From Candidatus Latescibacterota bacterium (GTDB lineage: Bacteria; Latescibacterota; UBA2968; UBA8231), in contig OZ241362.1 in NCBI GenBank assembly GCA_965200315.1, positions 928,001 to 992,000 on the forward strand: DNA of 64,000 nt, given 5' to 3'. Positions 1-19,044 of the stretch are shown here, in pieces. The position numbers were made by a program, and so were the translations under genes. A model generated the notes under the pieces. That model worked only from the letters and a program-made list of their open reading frames with translations, was not told the DNA's origin and made no database searches. Numbering within the stretch: position 1 is the stretch's first letter; each line of letters starts with the position of its first letter.

Positions 1-72
1 GCAACGGGTATAGGCTCGCGAGGAAAACTTGGGTTTGCGCTGCGCTTTGGCTATCAAGCATTTTTTTGGCAT
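1..72 (-). CDS. rpsN: 30S ribosomal protein S14, type Z (5' part; runs off window edge)
   Basis: Manual translation MPKKCLIAKAQRKPKFSSRAYTRC; follows rplE as in the spc operon. Confidence 0.9.
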   Translation of the reverse strand, partial: MPKKCLIAKAQRKPKFSSRAYTRC

Positions 73-91
73 TAGCAGGTTCTTTCCGACT

Positions 92-637
92 CTATTGACT
101 GAAGGGCATGCCCAACAACTGGAGCAACTCTCGGCCTTCCTCGTCGCTTTTGGCCGAGGTGACGATGGTGATATTCATGCCTCGGACTTGATCGATCATA
201 TCGTAGTTGATCTCGGGGAATATGATCTGTTCCTTGATGCCTAGATTGTAGTTGCCTCGTCCGTCGAAGCTTCTAGGAGAAACCCCGCGAAAATCTCGCA
301 CCTGCGGCAAGGCGAAACTGATCAAGCGGTCGAGAAAATCGTACATGCGGCCTCCCCGCAAGGTGACCATGCAGCCGACCGGCATACCGACGCGCAACTT
401 GAAGTTTGAGATCGCCTTCTTGGCTTGGCGGATGGCGGGCTTTTGACCGGCGATCACCGTCAATTCGGATACCGCACCTTCGAGCACCTTGGGCTCCTGC
501 ACTGCCTCACCGACACCCATATTGACGACAACCTTCTGCAGGCACGGCACCTGCATGTCGTTTTTAAATGAGAAGCGGGTCTTGAGCTGGGGCAGCACCT
601 CTTCTCGGTAGTGTTTTTTGAGTCTGGCTTCGTACAT
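92..637 (-). CDS. rplE: 50S ribosomal protein L5
   Basis: [31 protein letters not shown] motifs; synteny. Confidence 0.98.
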   Translation of the reverse strand: MYEARLKKHYREEVLPQLKTRFSFKNDMQVPCLQKVVVNMGVGEAVQEPKVLEGAVSELTVIAGQKPAIRQAKKAISNFKLRVGMPVGCMVTLRGGRMYDFLDRLISFALPQVRDFRGVSPRSFDGRGNYNLGIKEQIIFPEINYDMIDQVRGMNITIVTSAKSDEEGRELLQLLGMPFSQ

Positions 638-640
638 GGC

Positions 641-958
641 TTATTCTCGATCAATCATTTCGCCGCTGCGCACAGAGACGCGCACACATTTGCCATTGTC
701 CAATTTCTTGTGCCCGATGCGCGTTGGTAGGTCAGTCTTGGGACAAACGATCATGACATTGGAAACGTGAATGGGTGCCTCGCGCTCAACGATACCCCCT
801 TGGGGGTCGCGCGATGTGGGGCGGGTGTGGTGTTTGCACATATTTACGCCTTCGACGATGACCCGCTTCCGATCCTTAAACACGCTAAGAACCGTCGAGC
901 GCCGTCCTTTGTCGTTGCCGCTTATGACCTGTATTGTATCGCCTTTGCGAATGTCCAT
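641..958 (-). CDS. rplX: 50S ribosomal protein L24
   Basis: KGDTIQVISGNDKG KOW motif, EAPIHVSNV. Confidence 0.97.
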   Translation of the reverse strand: MDIRKGDTIQVISGNDKGRRSTVLSVFKDRKRVIVEGVNMCKHHTRPTSRDPQGGIVEREAPIHVSNVMIVCPKTDLPTRIGHKKLDNGKCVRVSVRSGEMIDRE

Positions 959-969
959 TGTGCTCTTCC

Positions 970-1338
970 TCAGACTACCTCGGGTGCCAGCGATACAATG
1001 CGCATGTATTGCTTTTCGCGCAGCTCGCGGGCCACAGGCCCAAATATGCGAGTACCTGTTGGCTCCTTGTCGTCGTTGACCAAGACAGCGGCGTTGTCGT
1101 CAAAGCGAATATAAGAGCCATCGGGACGACGATATTCCTTCTTGGTCCGCACGACGACAGCCTTGACCACTTGCCCTTCCTCCAAAGGCCCGTTCGGCAC
1201 TACGCCGTGGACGGCGACTACGATCAGGTCGCCAATGCTGGCATAGCACTTACGAGAACCGCCGAGTACGCGAATGCAACGACCTGTGCGGGCCCCGGCG
1301 TTATCTGCCATTTTGACTACGCTGTATTCCCGAATCAT
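970..1338 (-). CDS. rplN: 50S ribosomal protein L14
   Basis: [33 protein letters not shown]. Confidence 0.98.
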   Translation of the reverse strand: MIREYSVVKMADNAGARTGRCIRVLGGSRKCYASIGDLIVVAVHGVVPNGPLEEGQVVKAVVVRTKKEYRRPDGSYIRFDDNAAVLVNDDKEPTGTRIFGPVARELREKQYMRIVSLAPEVV

Positions 1339-1364
1339 TTTGTCCTACAAGCCTAAATTTTTAT

Positions 1365-1622
1365 CTACTGCCGCTCTAATATATCAACGAGCCGCCAACG
1401 CTTGGTTTTGCTCATGGGGCGGCACTCCTCAATGCGCACGAGATCGCCGACCTGCGACTCTTCCCGCTCGTCGTGGGCGACGAACTTGGCGGTGCGGCGG
1501 ATGATCCGGCCATACAGGGCATGCGGAATGCGCTGTTCGACCGCCACGATCCGCGTCTTGGTGTTGTTGGCCTTGAGCACTCGGCCTTCGGCCTGACGCC
1601 GGCCTATTTTTCGTTTAGCCAT
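1365..1622 (-). CDS. rpsQ: 30S ribosomal protein S17
   Basis: HALYGR, AHDE, GDLVRIEECRPMSKTKRW. Confidence 0.97.
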   Translation of the reverse strand: MAKRKIGRRQAEGRVLKANNTKTRIVAVEQRIPHALYGRIIRRTAKFVAHDEREESQVGDLVRIEECRPMSKTKRWRLVDILERQ

Positions 1623-1630
1623 TTTCCACC

Positions 1631-1846
1631 TTATTTCCCACTGGCCAAGGAGCGAATGCCGAGTGCGTGCTCTTTGAGTACGGTGTGTGCCTTGGCAATA
1701 TCGCGCCGCACTTGCCGCAACCGAATGGGACTAGTCAACTGGCCGGCTACGTGCTGAAAACGCAGATTGAAGAATTCCTCGTGTAGTTCTTCCAACCTGT
1801 TTTGCACTTCTTCTGAACTCATTTCGCGCAATTCGCTGACCTTCAT
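1631..1846 (-). CDS. rpmC: 50S ribosomal protein L29
   Basis: MKVSELREMS...LRFQHVAGQL...VRRDIAK; start re-assigned to the ATG at 1846. Confidence 0.95.
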   Translation of the reverse strand: MKVSELREMSSEEVQNRLEELHEEFFNLRFQHVAGQLTSPIRLRQVRRDIAKAHTVLKEHALGIRSLASGK

Positions 1847-1850
1847 AACT

Positions 1851-2261
1851 TCATGCAACTCGTTTGACGACCTTGGTCTTGATGGGGAGTTTGTGCCCAG
1901 CGCGGCGAAAGGCCTCGCGGGCCATGGGTTCGGGTACGCCGGAAAGCTCAAACATCACCCGCCCGGGCTTGACGACCGCAACCCATCCTTCGGGCGATCC
2001 CTTGCCTTTGCCCATGCGAGTTTCGGCCGGTTTCTTGGTGATCGGTTTGTCGGGAAAAATGCGGATCCACATCTTGCCCGTACGGCTCATTGCCCGACTA
2101 ATCGCCACGCGCATAGCCTCGATCTGGCGGCTGGTAATCCAACAAGGTTCGAGTGCTTTGAGGCCGTATTCGCCAAAGGAGACCATGTCCCCGCCTTTAG
2201 TTTGGCCGCGCATTCGGCCTCGCGCCTGCTTCCTCCACTTGGACTTCTTGGGCATCAACAT
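1851..2261 (-). CDS. rplP: 50S ribosomal protein L16
   Basis: [24 protein letters not shown]. Confidence 0.98.
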   Translation of the reverse strand: MLMPKKSKWRKQARGRMRGQTKGGDMVSFGEYGLKALEPCWITSRQIEAMRVAISRAMSRTGKMWIRIFPDKPITKKPAETRMGKGKGSPEGWVAVVKPGRVMFELSGVPEPMAREAFRRAGHKLPIKTKVVKRVA

Positions 2262-2279
2262 AAGAGAGCCTCGCTGTAA

Positions 2280-2936
2280 TCAGACCGCCTGAGCGGCCCC
2301 TTCTCCTTCGGTCATAACTTCGCCATGACAAATCCAAACTTTTACGCCCACAGTCCCCGATACGGTATAAGCCGTCGCCATGGCGTAGTCGATATCAGCG
2401 CGCAGCGTGTGCAACGGGACCCGACCGGCTGGCTCGGAACGCTCGCGCCGGCCCATCTCCGAACCACCGATGCGCCCGGAACAGACGATGCGGATACCCT
2501 CAGCCCCCATGCGCATTGACGAGGCTACAGATTTCTTCATAGCCCGGCGAAAGGAAACGCGTTGCTCTAGCTGGCGGACCAGATTGTCGGCCACTATCTG
2601 AGCATCTAGTTCGGGCTTCTTGATCTCTTGGATATTGAGCGAGACATCCTTGCTGGTCAATGCCTTGAGCTCGTCGCGAATTTTATCGACTTCGGCCCCA
2701 TGACGACCAATGGCAATACCAGGTTTCGCTGTATGCACTTCAACGGTAACTCGCTTGGGCTGGCGTTCGATATTGATCTGAGATACGCCAGCTCGCTGTA
2801 AGCGCTGGCGCACGTAGCGCCGCAACATGAGGTCTTCCTTGAGCAACTCGGAAAAATCCTTTTCGGCGAACCAGTTTGAACGCCAAGGCTTGATGACTCC
2901 GAGACGGAAGCCGTATGGATGTGTTTTCTGGCCCAA
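2280..2936 (-). CDS. rpsC: 30S ribosomal protein S3
   Basis: GQKTHPYGFRLG, GRVPLHTLRADIDY; TTG start. Confidence 0.98.
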   Translation of the reverse strand: MGQKTHPYGFRLGVIKPWRSNWFAEKDFSELLKEDLMLRRYVRQRLQRAGVSQINIERQPKRVTVEVHTAKPGIAIGRHGAEVDKIRDELKALTSKDVSLNIQEIKKPELDAQIVADNLVRQLEQRVSFRRAMKKSVASSMRMGAEGIRIVCSGRIGGSEMGRRERSEPAGRVPLHTLRADIDYAMATAYTVSGTVGVKVWICHGEVMTEGEGAAQAV

Positions 2937-2946
2937 GGTGTCCCCC

Positions 2947-3294
2947 TTAGTTGGCTTGGTCGCTAACGACGACCGTTAGATTGCAGTGGCGCTTGCGAAT
3001 GCGATCGGCCGAGCCACGGGCTCGCGGACGAATGCGCTTGAGATCGCGCCCTTCGTCGGCGAAGATGCGCGTTACGTAGAGATCATCGGCATCAACCGGA
3101 TTTTCCTCGTCCTGATTGATCCCATTCGATATGGCCGAACGCAGGGTCTTTTCGACCAGCTTGGCCACCGGGCGAGGCGAAAACCGGAGAATGGTGAGCG
3201 CCTCGTCGACCGGCTTGCCGCGAATCAGGTCAATGAGCTGGCGCACTTTAGTCGTCGGTACGCCAATTTGTTTGAGGACAGCTTTGGCTTCCAT
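2947..3294 (-). CDS. rplV: 50S ribosomal protein L22
   Basis: DLIRGKPV, LKRIRPRARG; synteny. Confidence 0.97.
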   Translation of the reverse strand: MEAKAVLKQIGVPTTKVRQLIDLIRGKPVDEALTILRFSPRPVAKLVEKTLRSAISNGINQDEENPVDADDLYVTRIFADEGRDLKRIRPRARGSADRIRKRHCNLTVVVSDQAN

Positions 3295-3296
3295 GC

Positions 3297-3584
3297 TTAT
3301 TGCAACCTCGTGCCGCGCTCGGTCAACCGGCCTCCGTGCCCGCGAAAAGTGCGGGTCGGAGCAAACTCACCGAGCTTGTGCCCGACCATGTTCTCAGTAA
3401 TGTACACTGGAATGAACTTATTGCCGTTGTAAACGGCTAGCGTATGGCCGACGAAGTCGGGCGTAATGGTTGAGCGCCGTGACCAAGTCCGCACGACCTG
3501 CTTGTCGCCCGTGCGATTGAGGTACGCGACCTTTTTTGCTAAATGCCCGTCGACAAAAGGGCCTTTCTTGATCGATCTTGGCAT
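3297..3584 (-). CDS. rpsS: 30S ribosomal protein S19
   Basis: [31 protein letters not shown]. Confidence 0.98.
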   Translation of the reverse strand: MPRSIKKGPFVDGHLAKKVAYLNRTGDKQVVRTWSRRSTITPDFVGHTLAVYNGNKFIPVYITENMVGHKLGEFAPTRTFRGHGGRLTERGTRLQ

Positions 3585-3593
3585 AATCTCTCG

Positions 3594-4427
3594 CTACTTC
3601 GCGTTGCGCCGACGTATAATCCACTGATTGCTTTGGTTTTTGCGCTTGCGCGTCTTGTATCCCTTGGTGGGCTTGCCCCAAGGGGTAACCGGGTGCCGGC
3701 CACCTGAAGATCGACCTTCCCCTCCCCCATGTGGGTGGTCAACCGGATTCATAACTACGCCCCGCACCTTGGGTCTGCGCCCCAACCAACGGGAGCGGCC
3801 AGCTTTGCCAATGACAATATTGGCGTGTTCTATATTGCCCACCTGCCCCAAGGTGGCCATGCACTGGACAGGTACTTCGCGATTTTCTCCGGAAGGCAAC
3901 CGCAACTGCGCCCGTCCGCCATCGCGACCGAGAAGCTGCACTTCAGAGCCTGCGCTACGCGCTAGCTGCCCGCCGCGGCCGGGATTGAGCTCGACATTGT
4001 GAACCGTTGCTCCCAAGGGAATATTGGCCAACGGCAGGGCATTGCCGACCCGGATTGGAGCATTGGGACCTGCGGAGATCTCGGCTCCAATCTTCAGACC
4101 CAAAGGCGCGAGAATATAGCGCTTATCTCCATCGGCATAGACGATCAAAGCAATAAACGCCGAGCGGTTGGGATCGTATTCAATCGCGGCGACCCGACCC
4201 GGTACGCCAAGCTTGATGCGCTTGAAATCGATGACGCGATAGCGCCGCTTGTGCCCCCCTCCGCGCCGACGCATGGTCATGCGGCCCTGATTGTTGCGCC
4301 CGCCCGATTTGCCAACGGCAGCAGCGAGTAAGGACTTCTCGGGCTTGCTGCGCGTTAGTTCCTCAAAGGAGTTGACCGTCTTGTAGCGCAACGTCGGAGT
4401 TGTGGGGCGGAATTTCTTGACTGCCAT
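3594..4427 (-). CDS. rplB: 50S ribosomal protein L2
   Basis: [22 protein letters not shown]. Confidence 0.99.
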   Translation of the reverse strand: MAVKKFRPTTPTLRYKTVNSFEELTRSKPEKSLLAAAVGKSGGRNNQGRMTMRRRGGGHKRRYRVIDFKRIKLGVPGRVAAIEYDPNRSAFIALIVYADGDKRYILAPLGLKIGAEISAGPNAPIRVGNALPLANIPLGATVHNVELNPGRGGQLARSAGSEVQLLGRDGGRAQLRLPSGENREVPVQCMATLGQVGNIEHANIVIGKAGRSRWLGRRPKVRGVVMNPVDHPHGGGEGRSSGGRHPVTPWGKPTKGYKTRKRKNQSNQWIIRRRNAK

Positions 4428-4443
4428 CTCGAGACCAACTTAG

Positions 4444-4728
4444 CTAGATATTTTCTGCAAATTCAATGGAGTCGCCGGCCTTAAGAGTCACGTAAGCTTT
4501 TTTCCAACCGGCACGTCGCCCCAAGTACATCCCTTGCCGCTTGGGCTTGCTGGGGACTTTGATGGTGCGGACGGATTCGACTTTGACCGAAAAAATGGAT
4601 TCTACTGCCTGGCGGATCTGGAATTTGTTGGCCTTGGGATGGACGCGAAAAGCGTATTTGTTGCCCTCGCGCAACGCTGAGGCTTTTTCGGTGATCACCG
4701 GCTCCTGAATAATCGCTCGTGGGTTCAT
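4444..4728 (-). CDS. rplW: 50S ribosomal protein L23
   Basis: PVITEKA, WKKAYVTL; start at the ATG just after the rplD stop. Confidence 0.96.
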   Translation of the reverse strand: MNPRAIIQEPVITEKASALREGNKYAFRVHPKANKFQIRQAVESIFSVKVESVRTIKVPSKPKRQGMYLGRRAGWKKAYVTLKAGDSIEFAENI

Positions 4729-4732
4729 CTTC

Positions 4733-5371
4733 TCAGCCCCTTTGGCCATGGGTTTCTACGAGCCTGTCAAAGGCTTGGCGCGTAAATAAAACCACGTCCG
4801 CTGCCAGCAAATCATACGTAGATAGCGACCCTAGATGAGCCATTTTCACCTTGGGTAGATTGCGGCTTGATTTGATCAATACTGGGGAACTTTCCGTAGT
4901 AATGAACAGAACCTTCTGGTCTTTGAGGCCACACGCTTCAATAATTTTCTGAAAAGAGCGGGTACTGGGAGCGGGAAAGTCGAATTCGGTGACGATTTTG
5001 ATCTGTCCCTCTGTACCTTTAAGGGTGAGTGCCGAGCGGAATGCCAAACGCTTGAGAGACTTGGGCAGCTTAGAAGAATAAGAACGGGGACGGGGACCAA
5101 AGGCCACCCCACCACCGCGTACCAAAGGCGAGCGCAGTGAACCCCGACGCGCCCAACCCGTGCCTTTCTGGCGGTGGTGCTTCTTGCTCGTACGGGCTAT
5201 TTCAGAGCGAGTCTTAGCCGAGGCCGTCCCCTGCCGCTGATTCGCTTGGGTGGTGACAACCGCTCGGTAGAGGGCGTACTCCGAAACCGCAATGCCGAAC
5301 AAATCCTCGGGCAATTCCACTGTGTCGTTTGCTTGCCCTTCGCTGTTTAGCACTTCTACCTGCACGCCCAT
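4733..5371 (-). CDS. rplD: 50S ribosomal protein L4
   Basis: RQGTASAKTRSE, RQKGTGWAR, GGGVAFGPRPR. Confidence 0.97.
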   Translation of the reverse strand: MGVQVEVLNSEGQANDTVELPEDLFGIAVSEYALYRAVVTTQANQRQGTASAKTRSEIARTSKKHHRQKGTGWARRGSLRSPLVRGGGVAFGPRPRSYSSKLPKSLKRLAFRSALTLKGTEGQIKIVTEFDFPAPSTRSFQKIIEACGLKDQKVLFITTESSPVLIKSSRNLPKVKMAHLGSLSTYDLLAADVVLFTRQAFDRLVETHGQRG

Positions 5372-5378
5372 GGTCCAA

Positions 5379-5687
5379 TCAAACCTTTATGTCGATGCCA
5401 ATGCCCGCAGGCAGATCGAGCTTCATCAGCGCGTCCACGGTTTGCGGCGTTGAATCGTAAATGTCGATGAGCCGCTTGTGGATGCGTGTCTCAAACTGCT
5501 CGCGCGATTTCTTGTCCACGTGCGGGGATCTCAGCACGGTGTACACCGTGCGAGCCGTTGGCAGCGGCACCGGGCCGGCGATGCGGGCCCCGCTACGCTT
5601 GACCGTCTGGACGATTTCGTCCACGGACTTGTCCAACGCCATGTGATCGTATGCTTTGAGGCGAATGCGTATTCTATCGACTGCCAC
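5379..5687 (-). CDS. rpsJ: 30S ribosomal protein S10
   Basis: [24 protein letters not shown]; GTG start. Confidence 0.98.
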   Translation of the reverse strand: MAVDRIRIRLKAYDHMALDKSVDEIVQTVKRSGARIAGPVPLPTARTVYTVLRSPHVDKKSREQFETRIHKRLIDIYDSTPQTVDALMKLDLPAGIGIDIKV

Positions 5688-5716
5688 TGGCTCGCATCTC
5701 CCTAACGCGGCTTTTC

Positions 5717-6907
5717 CTAATTGGAAACCTCGGTGACGACGCCGGAGCCGATAGTACGACCGCCCTCGCGAATGGCAAAGCGCAGCTGCGGCTCAATGGC
5801 AATCGGCTGGATTAGCTCTACTTCCATGTTGACGTTGTCGCCGGGCATGACCATTTCGGTGCCCTCGGGCAGCGCAATGGTTCCGGTGACGTCGGTAGTG
5901 CGGAAGAAAAACTGGGGGCGGTAACCGGAGAAAAAGGGCTTTTCGCGGCCACCTTCCTTGGGGGTCAACACCACGACCTCGGCCTTAAACTTGGTGTGCG
6001 GCTGAACAGAAGCAGGCTTGCAGATGACCATACCACGCATTAGCTCAGCCTTTTCGACGCCGCGCAGCAGCAAGCCGACATTGTCTCCGGCCTCGCCCTC
6101 GTTGAGCAACTTGCGGAACATCTCAACTCCGGTGACCGTGGTCTTGCGCGTCTCCTTGATGCCGACGATATCTACCTCTTCGCCGACTTTGATCCGACCG
6201 CGCTCGACGCGACCAGTGCCAACCGTGCCGCGTCCTTGGATCGTAAACACGTCTTCGACCGGCATCAGGAAGGGCTGATCGATATCGCGCACCGGATCGG
6301 GAATGAACTCGTCAACGGCACTCATCAATTCGTCAATCGACTGAGTGCCAGTCGGCGAGTCCGTTCCTTCCAGCGCCTCAAGGGCCGAACCGCGGATCAT
6401 CGGGGTATCGTCGCCATCAAAGCCATACTCAGAGAGCAACTCGCGCGTCTCTAGCTCGACCAAATCCAAAAGCTCTTCGTCATCTACTTGATCAACCTTG
6501 TTGAGATAGACGACAATGCTGGGCACGTTGACTTGGCGGGCCAATAGAATGTGCTCGCGGGTCTGGATCATCGGTCCGTCGGCGGCGCTGACGACTAAGA
6601 CCGCACCATCCATCTGGGCAGCACCGGTAATCATGTTTTTGATATAGTCGGCATGGCCGGGACAATCAACGTGCGCGTAGTGGCGCTTCTCAGTCTCGTA
6701 CTCCTGATGGGAGACATTGATCGTCACCCCGCGCGCCTTTTCCTCCGGGGCATTGTCGATTTCATCAACGCCCCTAGCTTCGGCCAAGCCCTTGTTGGCC
6801 AAGTGTAAGGTGATAGCCGCTGTCAAAGTGGTCTTGCCGTGATCGACATGGCCAATGGTCCCGATATTGACGTGCGGTTTGTTGCGCTGAAATTGTTCCT
6901 TAGCCAT
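5717..6907 (-). CDS. tuf: Elongation factor Tu
   Basis: [22 protein letters not shown]-motifs. Confidence 0.99.
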   Translation of the reverse strand: MAKEQFQRNKPHVNIGTIGHVDHGKTTLTAAITLHLANKGLAEARGVDEIDNAPEEKARGVTINVSHQEYETEKRHYAHVDCPGHADYIKNMITGAAQMDGAVLVVSAADGPMIQTREHILLARQVNVPSIVVYLNKVDQVDDEELLDLVELETRELLSEYGFDGDDTPMIRGSALEALEGTDSPTGTQSIDELMSAVDEFIPDPVRDIDQPFLMPVEDVFTIQGRGTVGTGRVERGRIKVGEEVDIVGIKETRKTTVTGVEMFRKLLNEGEAGDNVGLLLRGVEKAELMRGMVICKPASVQPHTKFKAEVVVLTPKEGGREKPFFSGYRPQFFFRTTDVTGTIALPEGTEMVMPGDNVNMEVELIQPIAIEPQLRFAIREGGRTIGSGVVTEVSN

Positions 6908-6945
6908 TTCTTAAATCCTCTCCTGTTCTGAAAGGCGGTTACCGC

Positions 6946-9024
6946 TTAACCTCGAGTACTGTCGATGATTTGTTCGGTGATGTTGCTTGGGACGGCTTCG
7001 TATTTGGAAAACTGCATGGTAAAAAGCGCCCGTCCTTGGGTTAGCGAACGCAAGCGAGTGGCGTAGCCAAAAGTCTCGCTCAGCGGCACGAAGGCTTTGA
7101 CGACTTGGGCATCGGAACGGGGATTGATGCCTTGTATATCGCCGCGGTGCGAATTGAGATCGCCCATTACGTCGCCCAGATATTGATCGGGGACGACGAC
7201 CTCCAACTCCATAATCGGCTCCATGAGATAAGGAGATGCCTTCGCGGCACCGTCTTTGAAGGCCATGGATCCGGCGACCTTAAAGGCAACTTCCGATGAG
7301 TCAACCTCGTGATGCGCCCCATCTACCAGCACGACTTTAACATCTTCGATCGGGTAACCGGCAACAGGACCGGTGCTCATCGCTTCAATAATGCCCTCGC
7401 GCACTGGATTGATGTATTCCTTGGGAATGGTGCCGCCGACAATTTTCGACTCGAATACCAGCCCACTGCCCGGCTCGCCCGGCTCGATTTCCAACTCGAC
7501 GTTCCCGTACTGGCCGCGGCCTCCGGTCTGTCGCACGAACCTACCTGTACTCTCGATGGCCTTGCGCAGCCCTTCTTTGTAGGCCACTTGGGGCTTGCCG
7601 ACATTGGCTTCGACCTTGAATTCGCGGAAGAGGCGGTCGAGAAGGATCTCTAAGTGCAATTCGCCCATGCCCGACATGATCGTCTGGCCCGTCTCGTCGT
7701 CGATCTTGATCTGAAAGGTTGGGTCTTCCTCGCTGAGCTTGGACAAGGCAATGTATAGCTGCTCCTGATCCGCCCGCGTCTTTGGCTCAATTGCCACGTG
7801 GATCACCGGCTCGGCGAATTCGATTTTTTCCAAGACAATGGGATGCTGCTCGTCGCAAAGCGTATCGCCAGTAGTAGTATTTTTGAGGCCGACCACCGCG
7901 ACTATGTCCCCGGCATAGGCACGAGATAGCTCGGTGCGGTCATTGGCGTGCATCTCTAGCAAGCGCGCGGTGCGCTCGCGACGCTCAGTCGTCACATTAT
8001 AGAGATAAGTGCCCGAGCTTAGCACACCTGAATAGACGCGAACAAAGGTGAGACGCCCGACAAAGGGATCCGTCATAACCTTAAAGGACAACCCAGCAAA
8101 AGGCGCATCATCGAGGGCAGGACGCTCCGCTTCCGCGCTGGAATGGGGCAGCATACCCTTGACTTCACCGATGTCGGCTGGTGACGGCAGATAGTGTAAC
8201 ACCGCGTCAAGCAAGCGCTGGACGCCTTTATACTTATAAGCACTGCCGCACGTTACGGGCACGGCCTTCAGCGCGATGGTGGCTTGGCGCAACGCGGCTC
8301 GGATCTCGTCGGGGTGAATTTCCTCCCCTTCGAGAAATTTTTCGAGCAGCCCATCGTCGAATTCGGCCACCGCCTCAAGAAGCTTTTCGCGGTATTGCAA
8401 GGCTCCCTCCAGTAAATCCGCAGGGATCTCGTCCTCAAAAAACTTGACGCCTTGGCTGGCCTCTTCGTAGGTAATGGCCTTCATCTCGACCAAGTCTATC
8501 AAGCCGTTAAACGTCTCGCCAACGCCGATGGGCAACTGGACCGGCACAAAATTGCTGTTCAATCGCTCTTGGAGCATGCTGAGTACCTGAAAAAAATCAG
8601 CCCCGTTGCGATCCATTTTGTTGACAAAAGCAATGCGCGGGACGCGGTATTTGTCGGCTTGGCGCCAGACGGTCTCGGACTGCGGCTCAACGCCGCCGAC
8701 CGCGCAGAAAACGCCTATGGCACCGTCGAGCACGCGCAGCGAACGCTCGACCTCGGCAGTAAAATCCACATGGCCGGGCGTGTCGATGATGTTGATGCGG
8801 TGATTCTTCCACTGGCAAGCAGTAGCGGCAGAGGTTATGGTAATTCCGCGCTCGCGCTCTTGCTCCATCCAGTCCATAGTCGCTGTACCGTCATGGACCT
8901 CCCCCATGCGGGGAACTCGGCCAGTATAGTAGAGGATCCGCTCGGTCGTGGTGGTCTTGCCAGCATCGATGTGAGCTGCAATCCCGATATTGCGCGTGTC
9001 TTTTTGTGCAAACTGTCGTGCCAT
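6946..9024 (-). CDS. fusA: Elongation factor G
   Basis: [26 protein letters not shown]. Confidence 0.99.
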   Translation of the reverse strand: MARQFAQKDTRNIGIAAHIDAGKTTTTERILYYTGRVPRMGEVHDGTATMDWMEQERERGITITSAATACQWKNHRINIIDTPGHVDFTAEVERSLRVLDGAIGVFCAVGGVEPQSETVWRQADKYRVPRIAFVNKMDRNGADFFQVLSMLQERLNSNFVPVQLPIGVGETFNGLIDLVEMKAITYEEASQGVKFFEDEIPADLLEGALQYREKLLEAVAEFDDGLLEKFLEGEEIHPDEIRAALRQATIALKAVPVTCGSAYKYKGVQRLLDAVLHYLPSPADIGEVKGMLPHSSAEAERPALDDAPFAGLSFKVMTDPFVGRLTFVRVYSGVLSSGTYLYNVTTERRERTARLLEMHANDRTELSRAYAGDIVAVVGLKNTTTGDTLCDEQHPIVLEKIEFAEPVIHVAIEPKTRADQEQLYIALSKLSEEDPTFQIKIDDETGQTIMSGMGELHLEILLDRLFREFKVEANVGKPQVAYKEGLRKAIESTGRFVRQTGGRGQYGNVELEIEPGEPGSGLVFESKIVGGTIPKEYINPVREGIIEAMSTGPVAGYPIEDVKVVLVDGAHHEVDSSEVAFKVAGSMAFKDGAAKASPYLMEPIMELEVVVPDQYLGDVMGDLNSHRGDIQGINPRSDAQVVKAFVPLSETFGYATRLRSLTQGRALFTMQFSKYEAVPSNITEQIIDSTRG

Positions 9025-9040
9025 TTGGCTTAGGAACTCC

Positions 9041-9511
9041 CTAAAATCTGTAGTGAGCGAAGGCTTTGTTCGCCTCGGCCATACGGTGGACGTCTTCCTT
9101 CATTCGCACAGCCCCACCTTCTCCCCTTGACGCAGCGATAAACTCGTTGGCCAACCGCTCGGCCATGGTGCGCTCAGAGCGCTCGCGAGCGAAGCGAATC
9201 AACCAGCGAATCGAACGCGCTGTGCGCTCGTCTGGCCGCATTTCGACCGGCACCTGATACGTTTGACCACCGACTCGACGCGATTTAACCATGACGATGG
9301 GCTTGGCATTTTCCAGCGCCTTCTGGAAGACATCAATCCCGTCTTGGCCGCTGCGCTCAACGACCAAGTCGATCGAGTCGTAAAATATGCGCTCGGCCAC
9401 GCTCTTCTTGCCTTGTTTCATCAGCGAATTTACGAACCTCGCTGCCAAGACATTGTGGAATTTCGGATCCGGCAGCAGCTTGCGCTTGATTGCTTTTTTA
9501 CGCCGCGACAT
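9041..9511 (-). CDS. rpsG: 30S ribosomal protein S7
   Basis: [26 protein letters not shown]. Confidence 0.98.
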   Translation of the reverse strand: MSRRKKAIKRKLLPDPKFHNVLAARFVNSLMKQGKKSVAERIFYDSIDLVVERSGQDGIDVFQKALENAKPIVMVKSRRVGGQTYQVPVEMRPDERTARSIRWLIRFARERSERTMAERLANEFIAASRGEGGAVRMKEDVHRMAEANKAFAHYRF

Positions 9512-9522
9512 TGCTCGTACTC

Positions 9523-9894
<372 letters not shown>

Positions 9895-9945
9895 ACGCTG
9901 TTGCTCCTCGTCATTTTGACATTTTGAAATAAATAGCAAGCTCAC

Positions 9946-9974
9946 AAATTAGATATAAATTCTATATCTGTCAA
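9946..9974 (-). promoter_or_regulatory. Putative sigma70 promoter of the str operon
   Basis: Minus strand reads TTGACA-17 nt-TAATTT upstream of rpsL; spacer overlaps an AGATATA-N5-TATATCT inverted repeat. Confidence 0.6.
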
Positions 9975-9976
9975 TA

Positions 9977-14083
<4,107 letters not shown>

Positions 14084-14115
14084 CCCCTTTGCGCTTTATG
14101 CGAATGCTCTGCAAT

Positions 14116-17901
<3,786 letters not shown>

Positions 17902-17937
17902 AGTCCAACTCCTCAATTTGTGGTTTAAGCCAAATGC

Positions 17938-17967
17938 TCATGGAGCTATTGGCCAATAGCTCCATGA
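17938..17967. repeat. Perfect 30-bp palindrome in the rplL-rpoB spacer (possible attenuator or processing hairpin)
   Basis: TCATGGAGCTATTGG|CCAATAGCTCCATGA with no spacer. Confidence 0.8.
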
Positions 17968-18025
17968 ATGAGCGCTGCAAAAAAGCAGGTTATGAACGAA
18001 TGAGCTACTATATCAGCAGCAGTCC

Positions 18026-18436
18026 CTACTGGAGTTCTACCGTGGCTCCGGCATCCTGCAATCGGCTCTGTATTTCTTCGGCTTCTTCCTTGGTCGCCCC
18101 TTCCTTGACCGGCTTGGGTGCCTCGTCGACGAGCGCCTTGGCCTCTTTCAATCCTAAACTAGTAATCTCGCGGACGACCTTGATAACTTGGATCTTCTTC
18201 TCGCCAGCGCTAGTGAGCACTACGTCAAAGGAATCCTTTTCCTCGGCGGCCTCTTCGCCAGCACCATCGCTGGGCATCGCACCAGCCATCATAACCGGTG
18301 CTGCGGCCGACACGCCAAACTTGTCTTCGAGGGCTTTGACCAACTCGGCTAGTTCTAGGACCGTCAGGCCGCCGATGGTCTCAATGATTTCACCTACCTT
18401 ACTATTGGCGGTGGTGGCAGTGGTTTCTTCGTTCAT
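18026..18436 (-). CDS. rplL: 50S ribosomal protein L7/L12
   Basis: [26 protein letters not shown]. Confidence 0.98.
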   Translation of the reverse strand: MNEETTATTANSKVGEIIETIGGLTVLELAELVKALEDKFGVSAAAPVMMAGAMPSDGAGEEAAEEKDSFDVVLTSAGEKKIQVIKVVREITSLGLKEAKALVDEAPKPVKEGATKEEAEEIQSRLQDAGATVELQ

Positions 18437-18492
18437 GGGATACAGCCTCCTGTATATCCGTATTTGAGTTCGTTAAAAGGGACGAATGGGAA

Positions 18493-19026
18493 TCAGGCGT
18501 TTTCCCCACCTTCTGCCCGTTGCTTCTCGATGGCGGACAATGCGCCGACTAGGCCTCTAAGCAATCCATTCAGGACACCGCTCAACCCGTAAAGCGGACT
18601 CTGGACGCTGGCGGCTACCTTGCCTAGCAATTCTTCCTTAGAGGGCAGCTTAGCCAACGCCTCGACTTTGTCGGCCGCGAGGATTTCACCCTCCATAAAG
18701 CCGGTCTTGATCTGTATCTTCCCGCCATCGTCGACGAAGTCTTGCAGAATTTTGGCCGGTGCGATGGGATCTTCTTTTGAATAGGCCAAGGCCGTAGGAC
18801 CGGAGAAATGCTCCTTGAGGCCGGCGATACCCACTTCCTCAACCGCGAGAATGGCCAAGCGATTTTTAATCACTTGGTATTGGACGTCGGCATCGCGCAG
18901 CTTGTTGCGCAGCTCGGTCACTGCAGCTACATCAATACCCGTAAAATCGGCCAAATAAAAGCCCTTGGCCTCGGCCATAATGGCCTTCAATTCTTCTACT
19001 TTCGCTTCTTTCTCTGCCGTCGCCAT
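18493..19026 (-). CDS. rplJ: 50S ribosomal protein L10
   Basis: LRNKLR, VIKNRL, LAKLPSKEELL. Confidence 0.97.
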   Translation of the reverse strand: MATAEKEAKVEELKAIMAEAKGFYLADFTGIDVAAVTELRNKLRDADVQYQVIKNRLAILAVEEVGIAGLKEHFSGPTALAYSKEDPIAPAKILQDFVDDGGKIQIKTGFMEGEILAADKVEALAKLPSKEELLGKVAASVQSPLYGLSGVLNGLLRGLVGALSAIEKQRAEGGENA

Positions 19027-19044
19027 AGTAGTAGGGAGCTTTCT

